From a virus (Duplodnaviria; Caudoviricetes), in IMG/VR virus record IMGVR_UViG_3300020044_005741, positions 1 through 44,501 of that record: a DNA stretch of 44,501 nt; one strand, 5' to 3'. The notes under the pieces are model-generated. The model did no database searches and was not told where the DNA came from. It saw only the letters and a list, made by a program, of their open reading frames with translations. A program made the position numbers and the translations under genes. This document shows, piece after piece, positions 27,185-36,814 of this stretch (the stretch's first letter is position 1; every line of letters begins with the position of its first letter).

Positions 27185-28011
27185 AAGAAAAATACTTTGT
27201 TACTTGGGAAGAAATCAAAGCTCTTGTTACAAAATATGACAATAAGTTAAAATATTACGGAGTACCAAGAGGAGGACAATATATAGCAGCAATGTTAAAT
27301 CCTGTAAATACTGCAGAAGAAGCTGATGTAATTATTGACGACTTAATTGATTCAGGAGACACTGCGTTGAGATATTTAGAAAAATATCCTGATAAACCAT
27401 TTCTTGCACTTATAGATAAACGAGTAAAAAGTGAATTAACAAATAAATGGATTGTTTTTCCGTGGGAATTAAAAGATGAACCAGTTGAAGATAATTTTGT
27501 GCGTATACTGCAATATCTTGGCGAAAATCCCAAAAGAGAAGGGTTAAAAGATACACCTAAAAGATATATTAAATTCCTAAAAGAGTTTTTGACACCAAAA
27601 GAATTTAACTTTACGACATTTGATGCCGAAGGAACTGATGAAATGATAATACAAACAAATATTCCATTTTATTCACTATGTGAACATCACATAGCACCAT
27701 TCTTTGGTGTTGCAAATGTAGCGTATATTCCAAACGGAAAAATAGTAGGGTTGAGTAAATTAGCGAGAACGGTTGACCTGTACGCAAACAGATTTCAAAA
27801 CCAAGAACGCATCACAACGCAAATAGCAGAAAGAATACAAAAAGAATTAAACCCATTAGGTGTAGCGGTAACAATGAAAGCGCAGCATCTTTGTATGTGC
27901 ATGAGGGGAGTAAAGAAACACGATACGTGGACTACAACAAGCAAAATGATTGGCGTGTTTAAAGATAATCTTAACGCAAGAAATGAATTTCTATCTTTAA
28001 TAAGTAAATAA
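27169..28011 (+). CDS. folE: Phosphoribosyltransferase-GTP cyclohydrolase I fusion
   Basis: N-terminal [27 protein letters not shown] (Gpt-like PRTase); C-terminal [32 protein letters not shown]. Confidence 0.9.
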   Translation: MESTIKEKYFVTWEEIKALVTKYDNKLKYYGVPRGGQYIAAMLNPVNTAEEADVIIDDLIDSGDTALRYLEKYPDKPFLALIDKRVKSELTNKWIVFPWELKDEPVEDNFVRILQYLGENPKREGLKDTPKRYIKFLKEFLTPKEFNFTTFDAEGTDEMIIQTNIPFYSLCEHHIAPFFGVANVAYIPNGKIVGLSKLARTVDLYANRFQNQERITTQIAERIQKELNPLGVAVTMKAQHLCMCMRGVKKHDTWTTTSKMIGVFKDNLNARNEFLSLISK

Positions 28012-28400
28012 TGGCATACGACAAACTAAAGATATTTAAACAGGCAAAGGAAGTAATAGTTAAACACAAATTGTTTTTTGTGGAGGATATTGTTTCTTTT
28101 TTACCATGTGCAAAACCTACATTTTACGATTTCTTTCCTCCTGACTCTAACGAATTGAACGAACTAAAAGAATTATTAGAGCAGAATAGAGTTACTTTAA
28201 AGGTATCTATGCGCTCAAAATGGTACACCAGCAATGCGCCAGCTTTACAGATGGCATTAATGAAATTGATAGCAACAGATGAGGAACTAAGGAAGCTATC
28301 AATGAATCATACAGACATTACTACCAACGGCAAAGGATTGCACGAGAAGCCTATTATAATTGATTGGAATGGCGGAAGCGATAAGGATAACACCATTTAA
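28011..28400 (+). CDS. Terminase small subunit (putative)
   Basis: N-terminal HTH-like region, DITTNGK tail, immediately upstream of large subunit. Confidence 0.7.
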   Translation: MAYDKLKIFKQAKEVIVKHKLFFVEDIVSFLPCAKPTFYDFFPPDSNELNELKELLEQNRVTLKVSMRSKWYTSNAPALQMALMKLIATDEELRKLSMNHTDITTNGKGLHEKPIIIDWNGGSDKDNTI

Positions 28401-29610
28401 CAAACAGATTGAAGCTAAGAGAGTAGCCGACACCAAGACATTCACCTTATACGGGGGTGCTATTCGTGGCGGCAAATCTTATTGGCTGCTGCTTTGCTTG
28501 CTTTCTAATTGCTTTAAATACGACAAAAGTAGATGGTTAGTGGTCCGCGAATCATTGCCAACATTACGTAGAACTATTCTCATAAGTTTTCAGCGGTTAT
28601 TAGATGAAGGATTCCAACAATACGTTAAGGAGTTCAATCAACAGACAATGACCGTTACCTTCACTAATGGTTCGCAAATCATTTTCCTAGCTGAATCATT
28701 CGACACCGATAAAGAGTTAAACAGATTTAGAGGGTTAGAGATTAATGGCGCTGGCTTAGACGAGATAAACGAACTACAAGAATCAACGCTAAATAAGGTA
28801 ATCGAGCGTAGTGGAAGCTGGACGGGTTCACCTAATTGCCCTATTCAAATCTTAGCAACTTGTAACCCGTCGGGCGGTTGGGTGAAGTCAAGGATATACG
28901 ATAAATGGAAGGATAACACATTACCACCAACGTGGGCGTACATACCAGCAAAGATTAGCGACAATCCGCACATACCTAAAGATTACATTGAATCACTTAA
29001 GGCGAATATGCCACCGCACGAGTACGATGTATTTGTGAATGGTAATTGGGAGGTTGATTTGAATGGCTCGTTATTTAAGCGCAATGATTTTAACTACTTT
29101 GATACATTGCCCGAAGGTACGCCCGATAGCGTGTTGGGTTATGTGGATATAGCCGACGAGGGTAGCGATTACCTTTGTGCGGTGTTTGCTAAGATATACG
29201 GGAAACAAATCTATATCACCGACGCTATCTTTACTCAGGATACTATTGACATCACATGTCCAATGGTAGCAGCTAAGATTAAAGAGTTGAATGTTGACTA
29301 TACACGAATAGAGGGGAACAATCAAGGGAGTGGTTTCATTCGCTTACTTCGTCAATCGGTGCAAGAAGATAAAGTATTGATGGTAAAGAATACGCAAAAC
29401 AAGCACACGCGAATTTTAATGAGTTACCACCTACTCAAAAATAAGTTCTTATACGTTAACCCCGAAAACCAAAGCGATGAATATAGGGCAATGATGCAGC
29501 AGATATACGAGTATAAGAAAGACGGTAAAAGCAAACACGATGACGCACCCGATGCAATGGCTGGTCTGGCTAAGTTCATTCAAGTGTTTATACCCCACGT
29601 ATTAGAATAA
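28369..29610 (+). CDS. Terminase large subunit
   Basis: GGAIRGGKS Walker A, AGLDE Walker B, TCNP, YVDIA, HDDAPDA. Confidence 0.93.
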   Translation: MAEAIRITPFNKQIEAKRVADTKTFTLYGGAIRGGKSYWLLLCLLSNCFKYDKSRWLVVRESLPTLRRTILISFQRLLDEGFQQYVKEFNQQTMTVTFTNGSQIIFLAESFDTDKELNRFRGLEINGAGLDEINELQESTLNKVIERSGSWTGSPNCPIQILATCNPSGGWVKSRIYDKWKDNTLPPTWAYIPAKISDNPHIPKDYIESLKANMPPHEYDVFVNGNWEVDLNGSLFKRNDFNYFDTLPEGTPDSVLGYVDIADEGSDYLCAVFAKIYGKQIYITDAIFTQDTIDITCPMVAAKIKELNVDYTRIEGNNQGSGFIRLLRQSVQEDKVLMVKNTQNKHTRILMSYHLLKNKFLYVNPENQSDEYRAMMQQIYEYKKDGKSKHDDAPDAMAGLAKFIQVFIPHVLE

Positions 29611-29612
29611 AT

Positions 29613-29641
29613 TTTGGCAATTAATTAAATAACTAATTTTA
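29613..29641 (+). promoter_or_regulatory. Putative late promoter upstream of portal
   Basis: TTTGGCAAT...TAATTTTA with 17-nt spacer after TTTG. Confidence 0.6.
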
Positions 29642-29655
29642 AAAAAAAATATTCC

Positions 29656-30918
29656 ATGAGTTACGTATCTAATTTAGTTGCTAAGATATTCGGCATCAAT
29701 ACCGTTAATGGTATGTTCACTCAATCGATATACGACCGCAAGAACCCGATTCTAATTGATACACAGAATAAACTGCAAATCTATAATACTATACCACACT
29801 TTCAATCGGTAGTTAACCAACTTGCCGATATGTTCAAAAACATGGAGGTTAAGCTGTATAATAAAAAGACGGGTGAAGAGGTGGAGAATCACCCAGTTTT
29901 AGACTTATTGAAAAACCCTAATCCTTTACGCTCATTTGAAGAGTTCTTATATGAGTACTACGTTTTTAAGTCAGTGTTCGGAAATGCTTTCATCTATCAA
30001 ATAAAAGGCTTGCCTAGCGCTTTACCTTCGCTAATGTGGAACTTACTACCTAGCGATGTTGAGGTAGTGCCAACGGGTAAACTATACAGTCAAACTACTA
30101 TTGATGGCATCATTAAGTCATACAAAGTGTACGACCAATCGACGTATATTAATGTTGCGCCAAGCGATATGATATACAAGAATGAAGGCGTAGGAGGTAA
30201 TTTGATTACTTCAATTAGTAAGGTTGATGCTTTGCAGTTGCCTTTATCAAATATCGTTGGGGCGTTAAAAAGTGAGAATGTATTGATAGTTGAGCGAGGC
30301 GCAGAAGGTATATTGAGCAATGAAACTAATTCCGATGGTGGCGCGATACCATTAGTTAAAGAAGAGCGTGAGCGTATCGAAAAAGAAATGCAGCGTACCT
30401 ACGGAATATTTGACGGGCAAAAAAGAAAGATTATAACTAATAGTTCTTTGAAATGGCAGCCGATGAGTTTTCCAATGAAGGACCTCATGCTGTTGGAGTG
30501 TATAGAGAGCGACTTTCAAAGCATTTGCGCAGCTTACGGTGCTGATAGGGATTTATTCCCAAGCACGAAGGGGGCGACATTTGAGAATAAAAACAACGGA
30601 TTAAAGGCAACATATCAAAATACTATACAACCTCAAGCGGACGATTTTATAAATACATTGAATAACGCGTTAGCACTAGACAAGCAAGGGTTATACCTAG
30701 AAGCGTGTTATAAGCACGTGCCAGTTTTACAAGAAGATAAGCAAATGGAAGAGCAAGCGGAGAAGACAGAAGCGGAAAAGAATAGCATAAATGTAAATAC
30801 TATAATCACTTTGAACGGTGCAGTTAAGAATGGAGAGATAAGCAGAGAGGTTGCGATAAGTATTCTTAGCGATGTTATGGAGTGCGATTTAGAAGATGCT
30901 AAAAAGTACATCAATTAA
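29656..30918 (+). CDS. Portal protein (HK97-like)
   Basis: HPVLDLLKNPNP, FGNAF, ICAAYG, TFEN, TIQP. Confidence 0.92.
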   Translation: MSYVSNLVAKIFGINTVNGMFTQSIYDRKNPILIDTQNKLQIYNTIPHFQSVVNQLADMFKNMEVKLYNKKTGEEVENHPVLDLLKNPNPLRSFEEFLYEYYVFKSVFGNAFIYQIKGLPSALPSLMWNLLPSDVEVVPTGKLYSQTTIDGIIKSYKVYDQSTYINVAPSDMIYKNEGVGGNLITSISKVDALQLPLSNIVGALKSENVLIVERGAEGILSNETNSDGGAIPLVKEERERIEKEMQRTYGIFDGQKRKIITNSSLKWQPMSFPMKDLMLLECIESDFQSICAAYGADRDLFPSTKGATFENKNNGLKATYQNTIQPQADDFINTLNNALALDKQGLYLEACYKHVPVLQEDKQMEEQAEKTEAEKNSINVNTIITLNGAVKNGEISREVAISILSDVMECDLEDAKKYIN

Positions 30919-30926
30919 AATAAAAA

Positions 30927-30955
30927 TTTGGCAATAGTTTTACTACTTAATTTTG
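30927..30955 (+). promoter_or_regulatory. Putative late promoter upstream of protease/capsid
   Basis: TTTGGCAAT...TAATTTTG with 17-nt spacer. Confidence 0.65.
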
Positions 30956-30965
30956 AAAAGAAAAC

Positions 30966-31832
30966 ATGAGCGAAGAAAATAAACATATCATTAGTGAAGC
31001 CGAAAAGAAGTCGGCTCATTATTCTGTTAAGTCAGCCGATGCTAATATTATAGATGTTAGTACATCTTCGCGTATTGTTACGGGTTTCTTTAATTCTTAT
31101 AACTTCTTCGATTCAGACAAAGACGTGTTGATAATGGGCGCTGCTAAGAAGTCGATAGATGAGCGTGGCGTGAATAGCAATGCGGTTGCAAAGATTAAAC
31201 ACGCTTTGAATCACGACTTAACGACATTGGTAGGTAAGTTGCAAGTGCTGGAGGAAACGACTAAGAACGGCATTACAGGCATATACTTTGAATCTAAGAT
31301 AGCCAACACTACTTTGGGAAATGATACATTGATTAACTATAAAGAGGGCATCTACGACAATCATTCAATAGGCTTTAAATACAATCAACTTTCATTAATC
31401 GAATCGGAAAAGAATCCTGTTGCGTGGAATGAAGTAGTGAGCAAGTTGATGAATCCTGATGAAGCAGAGAAGTACGGGTACTTATACCTTGTTAAAGAAA
31501 TAAATCTATTTGAAGGTTCGACTGTTGCCTTTGGTGCTAACTCATTAACTCCTTTCTTAGGTGTTAAAAGTGGCAATAAAGAAAGCATTACACTAGCATT
31601 AGACAGCAAATTAAATCAATTGATGCACACCGTAAAGAACGGTAGTCAATCTGATGACATGATGCACACGCTTGAATTGCAAATTAAGCAAATCAAACAA
31701 GTATTAAAAGAGATTGAAGTAGCAGAAGTCTTTAATAAGTCCACACTTGCAGAAGTGCCGAGCGAAGTAAAACCAAGCGAAAAAATGAAAACTATAAATG
31801 TAAGTGAAATAATTAAAAATCTAAATTTCTAA
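30966..31832 (+). CDS. Prohead protease (HK97 family)
   Basis: NHD, HSIGF, LFEGSTVAFGAN. Confidence 0.9.
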   Translation: MSEENKHIISEAEKKSAHYSVKSADANIIDVSTSSRIVTGFFNSYNFFDSDKDVLIMGAAKKSIDERGVNSNAVAKIKHALNHDLTTLVGKLQVLEETTKNGITGIYFESKIANTTLGNDTLINYKEGIYDNHSIGFKYNQLSLIESEKNPVAWNEVVSKLMNPDEAEKYGYLYLVKEINLFEGSTVAFGANSLTPFLGVKSGNKESITLALDSKLNQLMHTVKNGSQSDDMMHTLELQIKQIKQVLKEIEVAEVFNKSTLAEVPSEVKPSEKMKTINVSEIIKNLNF

Positions 31833-31834
31833 AA

Positions 31835-33067
31835 ATGGAAGCGAACGAAAAAGCGTTAGTTGACGCAATCAATGCCGAAGTAGGCAAAAAACTAGATGCA
31901 GTTAAACAAGCATCACAAGATGAAATTACATCTTTGAAATCTGAATTAGAAGCTGTAAAAGCTGCTAAAGAAGAATTGAAAAACGAAGTAAATGGAGAGA
32001 TTGTAAAATTAAAAGCGGCTAACGAAGCGGCATCTGTTAAAGCAGAATCTTACAAATCACTTGCTGACTTATTTGTTGATTCTTACAAAGAGATGTTGAA
32101 AGAAAACGGTAAGGACAAAATGAAGAAAAAAGGTTTTAGCGCTTCAATGGAAGTTAAAGCTGCTGGCACTATGACTACTGCTAACATCGATGCAGTTGGT
32201 ACTTCTTCTATTCCTTATGAATTAGCTTCTTTCTCAACTGGTTTGGTAAGAACTCAAAGACGCAGACCATTTATTATCGACCTTACCAACTTCGGTAGAA
32301 CAGATAAAATGTACGTTCAATGGGCTGAGATGGCTAACAACGACCCAGGCACTGCTGGTATGACTTCTGAGGGTTCAGCTAAAACTCAAGAAGATTTCGA
32401 CGTTAACGAAAAATCGGCTAAGGTTGAAAAAGTAACGGCTTACACTAAAGTATCAATGGAGATGTTAGATGACGTAGCTTTCATGGAAGCTGAAATCAGA
32501 AATAACTTAATTGAACTTATCGCATTGAAAGCTGATGCTGGTGTATTAAGTGGTAACGGTACAACACCGAACTTGAATGGTATCATCACTCAAGCAACTA
32601 CCTATGCTGCTGGTTCATTTGCTGGCACTTTCGGTACTTCTGCTAATAACTTCGATGTATTGCGTACTGCAATCAACCAAGTGGAGGCTGCTAACTACTT
32701 GCCTAGCGCAATCGTGTTACACCCAACAGATGCTACGTTCATGGAGTTGACTAAAGCGACTGATAATGGATATGTTGCACCATCTTTATTCGTGGTAAAC
32801 AACGGTATCACTACTTTCGCTGGCATCCCTGTAATTAAAAATACTGGTGTAACTGCTGGTACTTTCTTACTAGGTGATTTCAACCAAGTAAATGTTAGAA
32901 TGCGTCAAGATGCTACCATTTCAATGGGTCATGATGCGGACGACTTCACTAAAAACTTGATTACTATCTTAGCGGAAATGAGATTGGTTTGCTACATTCC
33001 ATCTAATAGAACTGCTGCTTTAGTAACTGGTTCTTTCTCAACTGCAAAAACTGCATTGAATGCTTAA
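31835..33067 (+). CDS. Major capsid protein (HK97 fold)
   Basis: N-terminal coiled-coil delta domain, EGSAK, VSMEMLDD, LSGNG, LLGDF, FTKNLITILAEMR. Confidence 0.95.
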   Translation: MEANEKALVDAINAEVGKKLDAVKQASQDEITSLKSELEAVKAAKEELKNEVNGEIVKLKAANEAASVKAESYKSLADLFVDSYKEMLKENGKDKMKKKGFSASMEVKAAGTMTTANIDAVGTSSIPYELASFSTGLVRTQRRRPFIIDLTNFGRTDKMYVQWAEMANNDPGTAGMTSEGSAKTQEDFDVNEKSAKVEKVTAYTKVSMEMLDDVAFMEAEIRNNLIELIALKADAGVLSGNGTTPNLNGIITQATTYAAGSFAGTFGTSANNFDVLRTAINQVEAANYLPSAIVLHPTDATFMELTKATDNGYVAPSLFVVNNGITTFAGIPVIKNTGVTAGTFLLGDFNQVNVRMRQDATISMGHDADDFTKNLITILAEMRLVCYIPSNRTAALVTGSFSTAKTALNA

Positions 33068-33073
33068 TTAATC

Positions 33074-33102
33074 GGGTGAGGGGGTTAAACCTCTCACCCT
33101 TT
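33074..33102 (+). terminator. Hairpin terminator after capsid gene
   Basis: GGGTGAG...CTCACCC-TTT; conserved in inverted copy 41012..41041. Confidence 0.7.
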
Positions 33103-33115
33103 AATATTTAAAAAG

Positions 33116-33292
33116 ATGGCAAAAAAAGTAAAAGAAGAAGTTGTTGAGGTTGTAAATGTTACTCCTATTCAGGGCAACGTATCAATCAAAATAATTAAAG
33201 ATACCCAACACTTAAAAGCTGGTGAAGTTTACAAAGAGAGCGGTGATATTGCTGCTATCTTAGTAGCTAAAGGAATCGCAGAAATTATTTAA
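33116..33292 (+). CDS. Small capsid-adjacent protein (58 aa)
   Basis: Manually translated MAKKVKEEVV...LVAKGIAEII; homolog at 40813..40992. Confidence 0.75.
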   Translation: MAKKVKEEVVEVVNVTPIQGNVSIKIIKDTQHLKAGEVYKESGDIAAILVAKGIAEII

Positions 33293-33318
33293 GTCGTTTG
33301 TTTGTTTATTGTTTGTTT

Positions 33319-33350
33319 AGGGGTGGGAGTGATTGCCCACCCTTTTTTTT
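33319..33350 (+). terminator. Intrinsic terminator
   Basis: GGGTGGG...CCCACCC followed by T8. Confidence 0.7.
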
Positions 33351-33362
33351 AAAGTTAATTAT

Positions 33363-33926
33363 ATGGCATCTATCTTAGTTCAAACTACTGACTTTACAGG
33401 GCTTTACGCGATAGCGCAAACGACCTATACAACGCCAATACTGCAAGCCTATATTGACGAATTCGAGAAGACTTACATTCGTAAGTTGCTAGGCTTAGAG
33501 TTGGGCGATTTGTTTATTGCAAGTGTATCAAGCTATGTGCCTGTTGGCGCTAGATACTTAGCAATCTACAATCCTTTAGCCATTCAAGTAAATGGAATTG
33601 AAACGGGCGTATATTTAAACGGGCAAAATTGGGTATCGGGTAGAATATACGAGAGCAGAGGAATGAAGGAAATATTAAAAGGCATCATCTATTGCCTATA
33701 TGTACAAGGCACTCAGGCGCACCATTCACAAAGTGGAGTGGCTAAGGCTACTGCCGATGTAAGCGCGGTGATGACGGGAGAGAATGCAGCGCGTATGGGC
33801 GAAATAAGACATAATGGTATCATTAGCGATTGGGAAGCGGTACAATACTACATTCAACAAAACATTGCAACTTATCCAGAGTTCGAGGGCTTTGAGCTTC
33901 AACCTAAATACAGCGCTATTCTATGA
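33363..33926 (+). CDS. Putative head-tail connector
   Basis: Position after capsid; start MASILV matches inverted homolog. Confidence 0.65.
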   Translation: MASILVQTTDFTGLYAIAQTTYTTPILQAYIDEFEKTYIRKLLGLELGDLFIASVSSYVPVGARYLAIYNPLAIQVNGIETGVYLNGQNWVSGRIYESRGMKEILKGIIYCLYVQGTQAHHSQSGVAKATADVSAVMTGENAARMGEIRHNGIISDWEAVQYYIQQNIATYPEFEGFELQPKYSAIL

Positions 33927-34621
33927 CGTACAAAACAGACATAATCGACTATTTAAGCGACGTGCTTAACGCGGTCGACAAAACGATAACAATACTAAGC
34001 ACTACCAACCCGTCGGCTGGGGTGTACACTATAACCGTTGATGACGTAAAGTGGATTCAACCAAGTATAGTTCTCTCAATAGGTAACAATGATTACACCG
34101 TAAGTTCGATTTCGGGCTGTGTGATTACGTTAATAGGTGCGAGTGCTATCGTGGTTAGTTCATTCACTTTACCAACGGTTTACTTCTTTCATGGCACAGT
34201 TAAAGAAACAAACATCACTTTAACTAAAAGGCAATTTGATACGCAGAAAACACCTTTAGTTTATCTTTTAGAGATATTCAGCGAAAGATTCAATGAAGAT
34301 GTAGACGAGTTCGAGCGCGTAAGTGATTTACGTTTATTCTTTCTTACTCATGCCAACTTTGAAGAGTGGGAAGTTGATGATTTCTACGCTAATTCGATTA
34401 AGCCAATGCAGCGCCTTACTCAACACTTTATCGACACGTTAAATAAACAAGTGAGGGTACAACAAATACGCGATTACGAGTTAACTAACCTTTCGAGGTT
34501 TGGCGTTTACGTGAACAATAAAGGATTTGAATCAACATTATTTGAAGATAAATTAAGCGGTGTTGAATTGCGTATTTCGTTGGAATTAAGAAAGCCAACC
34601 GATTGCTCTGGTTGCTGCTAA
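33923..34621 (+). CDS. Putative neck/tail-completion protein
   Basis: Position before major tail gene; conserved homolog 39475..40173. Confidence 0.6.
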   Translation: MTYKTDIIDYLSDVLNAVDKTITILSTTNPSAGVYTITVDDVKWIQPSIVLSIGNNDYTVSSISGCVITLIGASAIVVSSFTLPTVYFFHGTVKETNITLTKRQFDTQKTPLVYLLEIFSERFNEDVDEFERVSDLRLFFLTHANFEEWEVDDFYANSIKPMQRLTQHFIDTLNKQVRVQQIRDYELTNLSRFGVYVNNKGFESTLFEDKLSGVELRISLELRKPTDCSGCC

Positions 34622-34627
34622 AAAAAA

Positions 34628-34656
34628 TTTGGCAATAGGAATATAAAGTAAATTTG
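34628..34656 (+). promoter_or_regulatory. Putative late promoter upstream of major tail gene
   Basis: TTTGGCAAT...TAAATTTG with 17-nt spacer. Confidence 0.65.
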
Positions 34657-34694
34657 AGTATTAAATAAAAAACTAATTTTTAAAAATTAAAACT

Positions 34695-35624
34695 ATGGCA
34701 AATTGTTGCAGTCTTACAGTCGCAAATACAGGGTTTGGCTGTACCCCCATTATGGAAGTAGTGGAGAAATTCATTGAGGTTTCATACTTTAAAGAGGACG
34801 GAACTATCAACGAAATTGATTTGACAGATACTTTCAACTTAGCTTATTTTACCGCGCTTGTAAATAACGCTGATGAGACTTTACGCTGGTATCCATTGCC
34901 GTTCGTTAAGAATATGGTAGATGAGCGCGCAGATTCTGACTTTGAAACTTTTGATGACAAAACTAAAATTGAAAGACAAGTTGGTATTCGTTCAGTTAAG
35001 ACAATGATTACTACTTTAGGAAATAACGCTGGTGCTGTTTCTCCTCAAATGGTTGGTAAGATAAACGATAAGAAATGTAAAGTTTCGGGCTTGTTTGGTA
35101 TTACTAAATCAAAACAATTAGTAGGTGAAATGATTAATGATGGTTACTTGGCGCCAATTAGAATCGACAACGGTTCAATTTCTGCTAAATTAATCAAGAC
35201 TGGCTCAGGTGCTACGACTCAAAAAATTGATTTGTCTTTCGATTGGCATATTGATGTGCAAGATGAAAGATTGAGAACTTTGGAAGCTGATGAAATGAGT
35301 ACAGAAATTAGCTTGTTGAATGGTTTGTTAGATGTTACTTCAACATATTCTGCAATCGGTCAAACATCATTCAAAGCTACTTTAAAAACACAATACGGTT
35401 CATTCTTGAATCCCGTATTAGTTGAAGGTTTGGTTGCTGGTGATATGGCTCTTTACAATGTAACTGATAGTGCTTCGGTAACTATTACATCTATTGCTGA
35501 AAGTCCTGATGGAACGTATCAAATTAACTTTGCTTCGCAAACGGTTGCTGATGTGCTTCGTTTAACCATCACTAAAGACGGTTACAACTTCGCAGCAGTA
35601 ACAGCGAATACTATTACAATATAA
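34695..35624 (+). CDS. Putative major tail protein
   Basis: 309 aa with own promoter and terminator; codon usage resembles the capsid gene. Confidence 0.65.
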   Translation: MANCCSLTVANTGFGCTPIMEVVEKFIEVSYFKEDGTINEIDLTDTFNLAYFTALVNNADETLRWYPLPFVKNMVDERADSDFETFDDKTKIERQVGIRSVKTMITTLGNNAGAVSPQMVGKINDKKCKVSGLFGITKSKQLVGEMINDGYLAPIRIDNGSISAKLIKTGSGATTQKIDLSFDWHIDVQDERLRTLEADEMSTEISLLNGLLDVTSTYSAIGQTSFKATLKTQYGSFLNPVLVEGLVAGDMALYNVTDSASVTITSIAESPDGTYQINFASQTVADVLRLTITKDGYNFAAVTANTITI

Positions 35625-35631
35625 TACACTA

Positions 35632-35658
35632 AGGGGAGGGCTTCGGCTCTCCCTTTTT
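35632..35658 (+). terminator. Terminator after major tail gene
   Basis: Same TTCG hairpin as 414..439. Confidence 0.8.
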
Positions 35659-35670
35659 AAAACTAAAACA

Positions 35671-35931
35671 ATGGCAGCAGAAAATGAATTTTTAAAAGTT
35701 GGCGGTGTAACCTTCGCGCTTTATGGTGTGGCTGGTTTAACGAAAGATGAATTTGTATCGATGTACAAAGGCAGTCCCCATCTTACTGATGGCTTAGATA
35801 AGATATGGGCTACCTTAAAAGCAGAGTGCAAAGCGAAAGGTATTGTGTGGGCGGAAGATGCGTTAAAAGAAGCGCCAGCAAACACAGACCTACAAGTAAA
35901 GCCTAAGAAGAAAAAGAAAAGCGATAAGTAA
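35671..35931 (+). CDS. Tail-region protein, second allele of 452..712
   Basis: Clear homology. Confidence 0.8.
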   Translation: MAAENEFLKVGGVTFALYGVAGLTKDEFVSMYKGSPHLTDGLDKIWATLKAECKAKGIVWAEDALKEAPANTDLQVKPKKKKKSDK

Positions 35932-35934
35932 GCA

Positions 35935-36384
35935 ATGAAGGATTTAGCTGACATATGCAAAAGAGTTATTTATTTGCCTAAAATAGCGGATAAATTATTT
36001 ATCGCAGCTGTCAAAGAAAATGAAGCCTACATAAGAACTTTAAACCTTTATCAATTATACGAGCAAGGGGTAAATACAGATGCTGAAATAATAGGTTATT
36101 ATTCACCTGTATCTATTTATTTAAAAGGTGTTGCGGCTAATTACGGGAGAGATAGCAAGACAGACCACATTACCTTAAAGGATACGGGCGCGTTTTACGA
36201 TTCATTTAAGGTGGTGATTCAAAAAACGCAATTTAAAATAATAGCAGATGACAACAAAGACGGCAACCACCTACAAGACGCTTACCCTAAAATTATTGGT
36301 CTTACCGAAGAAAGTATGGGTAAACTTAAAGAGCGTATGCTTCCTATTATTATTGAAGATTTACGGACAGAAATACTGGGCTAA
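35935..36384 (+). CDS. Tail-region morphogenesis protein, intact divergent allele of 716..1173
   Basis: TDHITLKDTGAFY shared. Confidence 0.8.
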   Translation: MKDLADICKRVIYLPKIADKLFIAAVKENEAYIRTLNLYQLYEQGVNTDAEIIGYYSPVSIYLKGVAANYGRDSKTDHITLKDTGAFYDSFKVVIQKTQFKIIADDNKDGNHLQDAYPKIIGLTEESMGKLKERMLPIIIEDLRTEILG

Positions 36385-36814
36385 CATAGACGAGATGCCA
36401 ATTTATAACTGGTTAAAATGGCACGAGGATAAGGACGATAAGTGGCTAAGTAAAAAAGGCAAAGCTGGGTTACTTACTTCGTACTTCGGTAACCAGGTAA
36501 TGACTCAATTTATAGATCGTTTTGGCTTTAGTGAATCGTTTATAAAGGCACTCGAAAAGGAAAAGGAGTTGGTGTTGTTACAGGCACGAATGGCAATAAC
36601 AGAAGATAGGAGTCTAAGCGCGTTCATTAAGATTTGTCAAATAGAGATTGAAGCATTGAGAGCAGAAACGCAAGACAGAAGCGACTTTTACGAGATTAAA
36701 GGAGTATTAGAGCACGAAATGGGGTTTCAAATTGATATAAAGAAAGTAAGTGTAGCAGAATATTACACATATTTTAAAGCATTAAAAAAAATAAGACCTA
36801 AGCAAAATGGCTGA
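36353..36814 (+). CDS. Second allele of 1142..1603
   Basis: Near-identical C-terminus. Confidence 0.8.
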   Translation: MKIYGQKYWANIDEMPIYNWLKWHEDKDDKWLSKKGKAGLLTSYFGNQVMTQFIDRFGFSESFIKALEKEKELVLLQARMAITEDRSLSAFIKICQIEIEALRAETQDRSDFYEIKGVLEHEMGFQIDIKKVSVAEYYTYFKALKKIRPKQNG

